IMG/VR virus record: IMGVR_UViG_3300009506_000033
Location: 1 to 59,895 of that record
Length of the DNA: 59,895 nucleotides
Reading direction: 5' to 3' (one strand)
From: a virus
Taxonomy: Duplodnaviria; Caudoviricetes
Positions 9,379 to 17,610 of the stretch are shown piece by piece. Under the pieces are notes generated by a model, which saw nothing but the letters and a program-made list of their open reading frames with translations, had not been told where the DNA came from and ran no database searches. Numbering within the stretch: the first letter of the stretch is position 1; each line of letters opens with the position of its first letter. The translations under genes were made by a program, and so were the position numbers.

Positions 9379-11274
9379 ATGAAATTCCAACCAGAAGACT
9401 GGGTGGGCCTCGACCTTGAGACGGGCAGCTACGTGGACAAGGCCTACCCGCTGCAACCATTCCGTCTGCTGCACAAGCAGGCCCACATCCGGTCGATTGC
9501 GCTGACGTGGTGGGACGGCAAGCAGCTGCGGTCGAAGGCATGGTACAACCCAAGCGTCACCACGCTCAGTAAAATCCTGAAGTCGATCAGCCACCTCAAG
9601 GTGCTTACGTGGAATGGTTCGTTCGATGTGGCATGGTTCATCGCCGAAGGACTGGAGGAGGAGGTCAACGCCATCCAGTGGGTGGACGGGATGCTGCTTT
9701 GGCGTCACCTGTTCATCGAGCCTGAACCGGAGAACCGGAAGAAGAAATCGTACTCGCTGAAAGCTGCGGTGTGTGAGGTCTATCCTGAGCACTGCGGCTA
9801 TGAGGACGGCATCGACTTCAACACTGAAACCGAGGAAGGCATCGCCGACCTGCTGCTCTACAACCGCATGGACACCACGTTTACCTACAAGCTGTCGCGT
9901 GGGTATTGGCTTCAGCTTAACGAGGCACAGCGGCGTGTGGCATTGATCGAGGCGGGGTGTATACCGCTAGTCGCAGGCACGGCCATCGAGGGCATCCACA
10001 TCGACGTGAACGCTGCGTTGAAGCTAGGTGTGAAGCTCGAACAGGACGCGGAGGCGGCGTTTGCCAAGCTGCTTGAGTCGGAACCGGACATCACGCCAGA
10101 AGTGCTGGCCTCACCCAAGCAGCTGGCCGAGTTGCTGTACCAGCGATGGGGGTTGCCGGTCATGAAGCTCACCGACAGCGGCGCTGACTCCACCGACAAG
10201 GAAGCCCTGCACGAACTGGCCTTCATCGACGAGCGGGCGCGCACGGTTCGCGCCTACCGGGAAGCGAAGAACAACAAGACGAAGTTCGTCGACTCCACCT
10301 TGGCCAGCGTCGAGTATAACGGTGACGACTGCACCCGGCCCAACGCGCGCATCTTCGGCACGTACACCGGACGCATGACGTACTCCAGCAAGCAGGGCAG
10401 GGGCAAGGACGAAGTACCCACCGGGGTGGCGCTGCACCAATGGAAGCGTGACCCGCTGTTCCGCGAGATGATCGTGCCGCCAGAGGGTTACGACCTGTGC
10501 GAGTTCGACTTCGCCGGTCAGGAGTTCGGCTGGATGGCGGTCGAGTCCGGCGACGAGCAGATGCTGGCGCTGCGTGAGCCGGGTGAGGATGCACATACGT
10601 ACATGGGGTACAACATCTGGGTGCAGGAAGCACCGGAGGTAGCTGAGATGTTCGACTACCCTGCGATGATGGGTCAGGTGCACGACGGTATCAAGGCAGC
10701 AAAGGCGCACAGACAGTTAGGCAAGGTAGCCAACCTGTCATTGCAGTACCGCACGTCAGCACCGAAGTTGCGCAGTGTAGCTAGGGTGCAGCACAACATA
10801 CCTATGACACCTGAGCAGGCACAGCTGATACGTGCGACATACCTGAATACGTTTAAGGGTGTACCAAATTATTGGGCCAGACAGATTGCATTCGGCAGGC
10901 AGCATGGCTATATTGAAAACTTAGCAGGTCGTCGTGTGCAACTGAGGGGCGACTGGACAGGGCGTGATGCGTGGGGGTTGGAGTCCACTGCGATCAACTA
11001 TCCCATCCAGAGCATTGGCGCAGAGCAGAAGTATCTGGCGCTGCTCGTGTTGCGGGACTACCTGCCGCAAGTCGGGGGGCGGTTCTACTTCGAGTTGCAT
11101 GATGGTTTGTTCGTGCTGCTACCGAAACATCGGTCGCGGCAGGAAGCGTTGCGCATCAAGGCGATGCTGTCGAATCTTCCATACAAGAAAGCGTGGGGGT
11201 TCGAGCCGCCTATCTCCTTCCCGGTGGATGCGAAAGTTGGCCCCAGCTGGGGCGCGTTAGTTGAACTTAACTGA
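9379..11274 (+). CDS. Phage DNA polymerase, family A, with 3'-5' exonuclease domain
   Basis: ExoI DLET, ExoII NGSFD, TYTGRMT, motif A EFDFAGQEFG, motif B RQLGKVANLSLQY, motif C ELHDG. Confidence 0.95.
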   Translation: MKFQPEDWVGLDLETGSYVDKAYPLQPFRLLHKQAHIRSIALTWWDGKQLRSKAWYNPSVTTLSKILKSISHLKVLTWNGSFDVAWFIAEGLEEEVNAIQWVDGMLLWRHLFIEPEPENRKKKSYSLKAAVCEVYPEHCGYEDGIDFNTETEEGIADLLLYNRMDTTFTYKLSRGYWLQLNEAQRRVALIEAGCIPLVAGTAIEGIHIDVNAALKLGVKLEQDAEAAFAKLLESEPDITPEVLASPKQLAELLYQRWGLPVMKLTDSGADSTDKEALHELAFIDERARTVRAYREAKNNKTKFVDSTLASVEYNGDDCTRPNARIFGTYTGRMTYSSKQGRGKDEVPTGVALHQWKRDPLFREMIVPPEGYDLCEFDFAGQEFGWMAVESGDEQMLALREPGEDAHTYMGYNIWVQEAPEVAEMFDYPAMMGQVHDGIKAAKAHRQLGKVANLSLQYRTSAPKLRSVARVQHNIPMTPEQAQLIRATYLNTFKGVPNYWARQIAFGRQHGYIENLAGRRVQLRGDWTGRDAWGLESTAINYPIQSIGAEQKYLALLVLRDYLPQVGGRFYFELHDGLFVLLPKHRSRQEALRIKAMLSNLPYKKAWGFEPPISFPVDAKVGPSWGALVELN

Positions 11275-11285
11275 GGGGTTGAGCT

Positions 11286-11489
11286 ATGGACTTTGCGCGA
11301 TACAAGGAATGGGCTGCGGAGCAGGTCTGCTGCGATTGCGGCGCAAAAAAGGCCGACGTAGTCGAGGGCGATGTATGGGTCACTGAGACGCAATGCTGGA
11401 AGTGCTTTGTGGCAAATGGGCCGCCTGAGCGGCGCGGTTTACCGGGCGCGCGTGACCTTGCCCGTCAAGCAGGGATTATTTCTAACTAA
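11286..11489 (+). CDS. Small zinc-finger-like protein
   Basis: CCDC...CWKC. Confidence 0.6.
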   Translation: MDFARYKEWAAEQVCCDCGAKKADVVEGDVWVTETQCWKCFVANGPPERRGLPGARDLARQAGIISN

Positions 11490-11506
11490 CCACCAAGGAG
11501 CAAATC

Positions 11507-11773
11507 ATGCCGATGAAGGAACGCAACTACAAGCAGGAATACAAGACCGCCAAGGCGCGGGGCGAGAACGGTACGGGATCGCAGTCCGATGACGCGAAGC
11601 GCAAGCGGTTGCGGCGTGAGGCGCTGGCCACGGGGAAGATCAAACCGTCCGATGAACTGAACCACAAGAAGCCGCTGTCCAAAGGTGGGCCGAATACGCT
11701 GTCGAACGCCGAGGCGTCCACACCCGGCAAGAACCGCAGCTTCCCCCGCAACAAAGATGGCAGCATGAAATAG
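11507..11773 (+). CDS. Small HNH-like protein
   Basis: NHKKPLSKGGPN..SN.....KNRS is the beta-beta-alpha-Me pattern; basic RNYKQEY N-terminus. Confidence 0.7.
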   Translation: MPMKERNYKQEYKTAKARGENGTGSQSDDAKRKRLRREALATGKIKPSDELNHKKPLSKGGPNTLSNAEASTPGKNRSFPRNKDGSMK

Positions 11774-11789
11774 CGACTTAGTACCTAGC

Positions 11790-11993
11790 ATGGCGGAGGC
11801 GGCGGAGCATCTGGGTAAAACCATATCTGACATCGTCAGAGGTCGAAACGTGGTTGTGGAGGTGTCGAAGGAAATCCTTGAGGAGTGCGGCATAGCCGTC
11901 GACTCATTGGCGTATGTCGACTGGCTCAGCCGCTTTGATTTACGCGCGATCAGGGGCGCGTACCGAATATCTTTTTTTAGGGGGTCACGATGA
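11790..11993 (+). CDS. Hypothetical protein
   Basis: ORF track; ATGA coupling to the next gene. Confidence 0.45.
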   Translation: MAEAAEHLGKTISDIVRGRNVVVEVSKEILEECGIAVDSLAYVDWLSRFDLRAIRGAYRISFFRGSR

Positions 11994-12184
11994 CATACGT
12001 TACCTGTATGGGTGAGGTGTACCGACTCACCAAGACGCAGTACCTGCTGCTCATGCAAGCGGTAGCCAATGGCAGAAGCGCAGGCGAGTTTTTAATGGCG
12101 CTCAAACCGCTGGGGAAGGTCGAGAACGTGACCGACCTGCTTCAAGGTGAGGCGCGCGAGTGGCTATCAGGTGAGCGGAAGTGA
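11990..12184 (+). CDS. Hypothetical protein
   Basis: Overlap-coupled chain. Confidence 0.6.
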   Translation: MTYVTCMGEVYRLTKTQYLLLMQAVANGRSAGEFLMALKPLGKVENVTDLLQGEAREWLSGERK

Positions 12185-12423
12185 CACCGGAGAGTTTCGA
12201 CCTGACCACCGCGCGTGAAGTAGTTGGCGATAGCTTGGCGCGCACGATTGAAGCCAAGGCACGTCAAGACGCTGACGCGCAAAACTTCGACCCGCCCACG
12301 CCTAGCGAAGCAACGTATTGGGACAGGGCGCTGAAGGAATTTGAAACGGTTGTTTATCGGGAACAGTACGCCAAGCGTCTAGCACGAAACGCTAGAAAGT
12401 TGGCTGCAAAGGAGAAACCATGA
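12181..12423 (+). CDS. Hypothetical protein
   Basis: Overlap-coupled chain. Confidence 0.6.
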   Translation: MTPESFDLTTAREVVGDSLARTIEAKARQDADAQNFDPPTPSEATYWDRALKEFETVVYREQYAKRLARNARKLAAKEKP

Positions 12424-13088
12424 CAGCGTGGTCTTTTAGTTCGCTCGACCTGTTCGAGACGTGCCCCAAGAAGTATTACCACCTCCGCATTGCGAAGGAC
12501 GTGAAGGAGCCGCCGTGGGAGCACCGTCAGGAAGGCGAGGATGCCCACCGCGCGCTGAAGAATCGCCTGCACCGGGGTGCGCCCCTGCCTGCCGGACTCC
12601 AGAAACTGGAGTCGCTGTGTGCCCGGCTCGAAGCCGCGCCGGGGCAGTTCTACCTTGAGTACAAGCTGGCGCTCAACGAGAACCTCCAACCCGTGGACTG
12701 GTTCGCCAAGGATGTATGGGTGCGTGCCATCCTCGACATGGGGAAGATCAACGGCGACAAGGCGCTCATCCTCGACTGGAAGATGGGCAAGAAGAAGGAA
12801 GAATGCGACCAGCTGGAACTGTTTGCTGGTGTGGTCATGGCGTGGAAGCCCGAAGTCCAGACGGTAAACACCGGGTTCGTGTGGGCGAAGGATGACGTCA
12901 TCACCGACGCATCCATCACCAGTGAGGTGTATACCCGCGAACGTGACTTTGCGCGCATCTGGGGCGAATACAACCGGCGTGTCGCCCGCATCGACAAGGC
13001 TTCCAAGGAAGGAGTGTGGCAGCCACGCCAGAGTGGTTTGTGCCGCAGGCACTGTCCGGTGAGTACCTGCGCCTATTACGGAGAGTGA
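12420..13088 (+). CDS. PD-(D/E)xK Cas4/RecB-like exonuclease
   Basis: SFSSL..FETCPKKYY, E..L, ILD...LDWKMGK, QL..F, C-terminal LC..HCPVSTC cluster. Confidence 0.85.
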   Translation: MTAWSFSSLDLFETCPKKYYHLRIAKDVKEPPWEHRQEGEDAHRALKNRLHRGAPLPAGLQKLESLCARLEAAPGQFYLEYKLALNENLQPVDWFAKDVWVRAILDMGKINGDKALILDWKMGKKKEECDQLELFAGVVMAWKPEVQTVNTGFVWAKDDVITDASITSEVYTRERDFARIWGEYNRRVARIDKASKEGVWQPRQSGLCRRHCPVSTCAYYGE

Positions 13089-13089
13089 G

Positions 13090-13725
13090 ATGAAATTCGT
13101 CCTTGCTGAGACAGCAGCGGAAGCAGCCCGATTCATTCGGGACAACGGCACCCACAGCTACTACGACCGGATGTATGTACTGCGAAACGTCGACCAGCTG
13201 CGAGGGGTTCGCGGCCCCGCCGCCGAGCTGATCGTGCTGGGGTCTGCGCCTATGCGTCGTGACTACGAGCAGATCATGGAACTGGCACGTATCCGCGAGG
13301 TGACGGTGCGCAGGATAGGCCGCGACGCCCCGGCGCGTATCTGGGTCACAGCTGACGAACACTCCCATATGCGCAGGCGGTCGTTCGACGATCAGGTTGA
13401 CGCCTATGCGTACTTTAACAGTCTGCTGGAAACGCGCATGGCCAGAACGGTCACGGTGACTTCCTCTACGACGGCATCTAGTGGAGCGACGTATGTCACT
13501 ACAGCCGCAACCACGTACCCCAGCACGAGCATCCGATCCACGTCGACTTTCGAGGCACTGAGCATTCGGATTTGCTCGGGCCGTATGCCGCCGAGACTGA
13601 CGCCGGACGAGCGTGCAAGAGTGCTGTGTGGTTCGATACTCGCGCACCCACTGGAACCGGTGGCACCGCCACCTAAAGGTCTATTTGACGAAGCTGTGAA
13701 CCTTGACGCGATGCCGCGCATATGA
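13090..13725 (+). CDS. Hypothetical protein with Thr/Ser-rich linker and C-terminal KGLFDE motif
   Basis: 211 aa ORF tightly packed between the exonuclease and VRR-NUC genes. Confidence 0.7.
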   Translation: MKFVLAETAAEAARFIRDNGTHSYYDRMYVLRNVDQLRGVRGPAAELIVLGSAPMRRDYEQIMELARIREVTVRRIGRDAPARIWVTADEHSHMRRRSFDDQVDAYAYFNSLLETRMARTVTVTSSTTASSGATYVTTAATTYPSTSIRSTSTFEALSIRICSGRMPPRLTPDERARVLCGSILAHPLEPVAPPPKGLFDEAVNLDAMPRI

Positions 13726-14027
13726 CGCCCGAGGGTCGCATCAAGGCCAAGGTCAAGGAGTTGCTGAGGGCCTATGGAGTGTACTGGCACTGCCCTGTGC
13801 AGAACGGCATGGGTGCGCCGAGCCTCGACTTCATATGCTGCGCGAACGGTCTATACCTCGGCATCGAAACGAAAGCGCCGGGGAAGAAACCCACCGCGCG
13901 GCAGGAAAACACTATGGCTGCCATCGAAGCAGCCAACGGAGTGACGATTGTAGTTGATGGCCCCGAGTCGCTGGAGCGGCTGGAGTTCATCGTAAAGAAA
14001 ATGGGGTGTACCCGTGCTGGTAGCTGA
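13722..14027 (+). CDS. VRR-NUC domain nuclease (Holliday-junction resolvase-like)
   Basis: TPEGRIK, G.PSLDFI, IETKAPGKKPTARQ. Confidence 0.9.
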   Translation: MTPEGRIKAKVKELLRAYGVYWHCPVQNGMGAPSLDFICCANGLYLGIETKAPGKKPTARQENTMAAIEAANGVTIVVDGPESLERLEFIVKKMGCTRAGS

Positions 14028-15576
14028 GCGCCACAAAAAACTGGTTGTACCTTCACCCTACGTGGATAAGGTAGCGGCCATCATCCCTTCGGCCAAGCGG
14101 TTCGAGTTGGAAGGTGAGTCCATGCTTGCCGTACCCCACCTCATGGACGAGACACGGGTGCTGCGCAACCTCGGACTGGATGCGCCGAGCCCCATCCTGT
14201 ACTACTACGACTGGCCGCGCATGATAGGCATCGACCCGTTCGACGCCCAGCGCGAGACGGCAGCGTTCCTGACGCTCAACAACCGGGCATATGTGCTGTC
14301 GCAGATGGGCACAGGCAAGAGTTTGTCCACGCTGTGGGCTGCCGACTACCTGATGTCGATGGGGCTGGTGCGCCGCGCGCTGATACTCTCGCCCTTGTCC
14401 ACGCTTGAGCGGGTGTGGGGTGATGAGATTTTCAAGCACATGGGGCATCGCACGTACACCGTGCTGCACCACCCGAACCGCAAGCGCCGACAGAAGCTGC
14501 TACAAGAGCAGACCGACTTCTACATCATCAACCACGACGGCATCAAGGTCGTGCTAGATGACCTGCTGGCGCGCGAGGACATCGACCTTGTCGTCATCGA
14601 CGAGCTATCGGTGTTCCGCAACGCAGGCACCGAGAGGTGGAAGGCGCTCAGAGCGCTGACGGCGAAGGCCGACAGGGTGTGGGGGCTGACCGGCACACCC
14701 ATCCCCAACGAGCCGACCGATGCTTGGGCGCAGTGCCGCCTCATCACCCCGGACACCGTGCCACGCTATGCGACCCGGTTCCGTGACATGACCATGCGAC
14801 AGATCGGCACATACAAGTGGATACCGAAGCCTGACGCACTGGAAGTCGTGGCCAAGGCGATGGTGCCGTCCATCCGGTACACGCGCGATGACTGCATGGA
14901 CTTGCCGCCAGCCATGTTTGAGACGCGGAGCGTGCCGCTGACCGCCGAGCAGAACCACGCATACAACACCATGATGGTGAAGCTGCACATGGAGTATGCT
15001 GAAGGTGTAGTGACGGCAGCCAATGAGGGTGTTAAGATGTCGAAGCTGTTGCAGATAGCAAGCGGCATCGTGTATACAGCTGGCGGTGGTGTAGTACACT
15101 TGGACTGTAAACCGCGCATCGAGGAGTTAGTGAATACTATCTCTCAGGCAGGTACGAAGGTGATTGTGTTTGCTATATTTACTGAGACATTACTGATGCT
15201 TGAACGTGAACTTAGCAAGCATTGGAGTGTAGGTGTGGTGCATGGTGATACGAACCAGAACCAGCGGAACGAGATACTGGGCAACTTCCAGCGCTCCCGG
15301 CACCCGCACGTATTGCTGGCGCACCCCCGCACCACATCGCACGGACTCACGCTGACCGAGGCAAGCACCATCATCTGGTACACGCCTACGACGAGCAACG
15401 AGCAGTACGAACAGGCCAACGACCGCATCCAGCGCAGTGGGCAGAAGCACCAGCCTTACATTATCCACATGGAAGGCACCGTGGTTGAGCGCCGGGCTTA
15501 TTCCCGGCTACGCAGCAAGCAGAACACTCAGGGACTGCTGCTGGAGATGATGGAGGGTACACACGATGATGCTTGA
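14014..15576 (+). CDS. SNF2-family (SF2) DNA helicase
   Basis: MGTGKS, VVIDE, LTGTP.PN, HGLTL, QANDRIQRSGQ. Confidence 0.92.
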   Translation: MLVAERHKKLVVPSPYVDKVAAIIPSAKRFELEGESMLAVPHLMDETRVLRNLGLDAPSPILYYYDWPRMIGIDPFDAQRETAAFLTLNNRAYVLSQMGTGKSLSTLWAADYLMSMGLVRRALILSPLSTLERVWGDEIFKHMGHRTYTVLHHPNRKRRQKLLQEQTDFYIINHDGIKVVLDDLLAREDIDLVVIDELSVFRNAGTERWKALRALTAKADRVWGLTGTPIPNEPTDAWAQCRLITPDTVPRYATRFRDMTMRQIGTYKWIPKPDALEVVAKAMVPSIRYTRDDCMDLPPAMFETRSVPLTAEQNHAYNTMMVKLHMEYAEGVVTAANEGVKMSKLLQIASGIVYTAGGGVVHLDCKPRIEELVNTISQAGTKVIVFAIFTETLLMLERELSKHWSVGVVHGDTNQNQRNEILGNFQRSRHPHVLLAHPRTTSHGLTLTEASTIIWYTPTTSNEQYEQANDRIQRSGQKHQPYIIHMEGTVVERRAYSRLRSKQNTQGLLLEMMEGTHDDA

Positions 15577-15610
15577 CGCACGTATCAGAAAAGTGTAACG
15601 TGAAGTTACA
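15573..15610 (+). promoter_or_regulatory. Sigma70-like promoter (TTGACG-17-TAACGT) with overlapping inverted repeat TGTAAC-N5-GTTACA
   Basis: -35 at 15573-15578, -10 at 15596-15601, inverted repeat at 15594-15610, upstream of ORF 15632. Confidence 0.55.
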
Positions 15611-15631
15611 ACAACACACTAGGAGCTAATC

Positions 15632-16015
15632 ATGCCTAAGGCAGAAGACATTATCTCGGCCTACATCAAGGTGCGGGATTTGAAGGACGAAGTTGAGGCG
15701 CGGCACAAGGAAGAACTCAAGCCCTACAAGGAAAAGCTTGAAATCCTCGGTTCCGCGCTGCTGGAAATCATGCAGAACGTGGGTACTGGTGAGCTGAAAG
15801 GCCCAGCCGGTGTCGCCTTCCGCACCACCAAGACGTCGGCCACGGTTGCTGACCGTGAGACGTTCAAGCAGTTCTGCGAAGCGCATGACCTGTGGGACTT
15901 GGCCGACATCCGGGCAAGCAAGACGGCCATCGCAGATTACAAGCAGGAGCATGGCGATCTGCCACCCGGTATCCGGTGGTCGAGTATGTATGACGTTAAC
16001 GTAAGGAGAAAGTAA
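15632..16015 (+). CDS. Conserved phage replication-module protein (coiled coil)
   Basis: GGAGCTAATC RBS; N-terminal coiled coil and LPPGI C-terminus typical of genes preceding phage SSB/SSAP. Confidence 0.75.
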   Translation: MPKAEDIISAYIKVRDLKDEVEARHKEELKPYKEKLEILGSALLEIMQNVGTGELKGPAGVAFRTTKTSATVADRETFKQFCEAHDLWDLADIRASKTAIADYKQEHGDLPPGIRWSSMYDVNVRRK

Positions 16016-16959
16016 TGAGCACCGCAATGAAGCTGTTTGACAAGGCAGTACCGGCACACATCTCGTCCCTGTTCGGTGTCACCGACAACGATGACCTGAC
16101 GCAAGGCGTAGGTGTGGGTTATCCTGTGTTCTCGATTCGCGGCAGCAAGTGGCGCATCAAGAAGGGCGACGACGAAACCCTCATCACCATCCCCAACACC
16201 GAGGACGCAGCCCCGGCCATCGAGGTGGTGATCCTGAAGGCGAACCCGGCGCTGTCGAAGACGTACTACAAGGCTGCCTTCGTCGAGGGCACCGACGCCA
16301 AGCCGGACTGCTTCTCGAACGATGGCGTCAAGCCCGACCCGTCCGTGGAAGCCCCGCAGTGCAAGACCTGCGAAGCCTGCCCACAGAACGTCTGGGGCTC
16401 GAAGATTTCGCCGCAGGGCAACAAGGTCAAGGCTTGCGCCGACGTGCGCCGTCTGGCTTGCGCACCCGCTGGTGATCTGACTCAGGCCATCCTGCTGCGC
16501 GTACCGGGTGCATCGCTTGGCGACCTCGCCAAGTACGGTGGCGACCTGAAGAAAGCCGGTGTCAGCTATGCCGCTGTCGTGACCAAGCTGGCATTCGACG
16601 CCGACGCAGCGTACCCGAAGCTGACCTTCAAGGCAGTGCGTTACCTGACTGCCGAAGAAGCGCACACCGTGCTGGAGACGATGAAGTCCGGCATCGTGGA
16701 AACCATCGTGTCTCTGCCCATTACCCACGGTTCTACCGAGGGCGGCGAGAAGGCCCCGGAGAAGGAACCGACCAAGGCCGAGACGAAGCCCACATCGAAA
16801 AAGGCTGCTGCAACGACAGCGGCATCGACTGCTGAGGAGGCACCGCAGTCGAAACCGGAAACCCCGGAACCCACCTCGGAAACCCCCGCCGCAGCTGAGG
16901 TGGTTTTATCGCCGGAGCGGGCAAGCAAGCTGGACTCCATTTTGGAGTCACTTGCGTAA
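16015..16959 (+). CDS. Putative ssDNA-binding/annealing protein
   Basis: Position in the replication module; PDCFSNDG..P, CKTCEACPQN, KAC motifs; flexible Pro/Glu/Ala C-terminal tail. Confidence 0.6.
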   Translation: MSTAMKLFDKAVPAHISSLFGVTDNDDLTQGVGVGYPVFSIRGSKWRIKKGDDETLITIPNTEDAAPAIEVVILKANPALSKTYYKAAFVEGTDAKPDCFSNDGVKPDPSVEAPQCKTCEACPQNVWGSKISPQGNKVKACADVRRLACAPAGDLTQAILLRVPGASLGDLAKYGGDLKKAGVSYAAVVTKLAFDADAAYPKLTFKAVRYLTAEEAHTVLETMKSGIVETIVSLPITHGSTEGGEKAPEKEPTKAETKPTSKKAAATTAASTAEEAPQSKPETPEPTSETPAAAEVVLSPERASKLDSILESLA

Positions 16960-16978
16960 TTTGCAGAAGGAGTGAATC

Positions 16979-17230
16979 ATGTCCATTAAACTTGAAACAG
17001 GCATCCCTATCCCCCCGGTGCGCCGGGGACTGGCACTGCCGTTCGAGGCGCTCGAAGTGAATGAGTCGTTCTCAATGGCTGTCCCCAGCAACCAGAAACC
17101 GGGGCAGTTCGCATCCAAGATTCGTTCGCGCGCGATGCTGTATGCCAAGCGTCACGGCGGCAGATTTCTTGTGCGCATTGTTGACGATGAGGGCGAAGGG
17201 GATGCTGTGCGCTGCTGGCGCACTCAATAA
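16979..17230 (+). CDS. Small putative DNA-binding protein
   Basis: IKLETGIPIP..PFEALEVNESF..VRCWRT pattern. Confidence 0.65.
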   Translation: MSIKLETGIPIPPVRRGLALPFEALEVNESFSMAVPSNQKPGQFASKIRSRAMLYAKRHGGRFLVRIVDDEGEGDAVRCWRTQ

Positions 17231-17257
17231 CAATACAGCTCCTCGTGTGAGGAGCCG

Positions 17258-17292
17258 AGAGGTGGTGTGTGTGTGTGCACCACCTCTTTTTT
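17258..17292 (+). terminator. Rho-independent terminator
   Basis: AGAGGTGGTG stem / CACCACCTCT followed by a T-run; a second hairpin GCTCCTC-GTGT-GAGGAGC lies just upstream. Confidence 0.7.
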
Positions 17293-17308
17293 GTTCTATT
17301 GTTAAGGG

Positions 17309-17578
17309 ATGGCCACACTAATGATACCGTCATTCAACAAGACCGTGTTCGATACGGCACAACTGCGAACGACCGAAGTCGCCAGTTTGCTGTCTGTCCA
17401 CAGAGTTAGTGTAAGTCGCTGGCGCGCAGGTAAGCCGGTCGACAAGTTCCTCATCCCTGTGCTTGTTGATTTCCACTGGCGAGTTGGGCAAGCTGTCAGT
17501 TCCGGCAGCCTTCCTTTACCGCCGGATATTCGTGGTCGAGAGCGTGTACCAGCAATAAAACGTGCACTTGAGCTGTAA
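17309..17578 (+). CDS. Small HTH (Cro/XRE-like) protein
   Basis: RTTEVASLLSVHRVSVSRWRAG is an HTH signature. Confidence 0.7.
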   Translation: MATLMIPSFNKTVFDTAQLRTTEVASLLSVHRVSVSRWRAGKPVDKFLIPVLVDFHWRVGQAVSSGSLPLPPDIRGRERVPAIKRALEL

Positions 17579-17610
17579 CCACATCAACAAGAATTCGGGG
17601 GCTAGTCGTA

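Larger units (their letters stand above)
9040..9383 (+). repeat. RBS/start-codon boundary repeats CTGAAAGGTGAGCAGGGATGAA (9040-9061, 9237-9258; partial 9367-9383)
   Basis: Two identical 22-mers and a third copy AGGTGAGCAGGAATGAA, each at a gene junction. Confidence 0.85.

Noticed and set aside
11507-11773. Mobile homing endonuclease or intron
   Set aside because: Free-standing 88-aa HNH-like gene; neighbouring genes are intact and no intron structure was seen.
17238-17255. AGCTCCT as a second anti-RBS RNA seed
   Set aside because: Only 7 nt, sequestered in its own hairpin (GCTCCTC/GAGGAGC), and no dedicated promoter seen.
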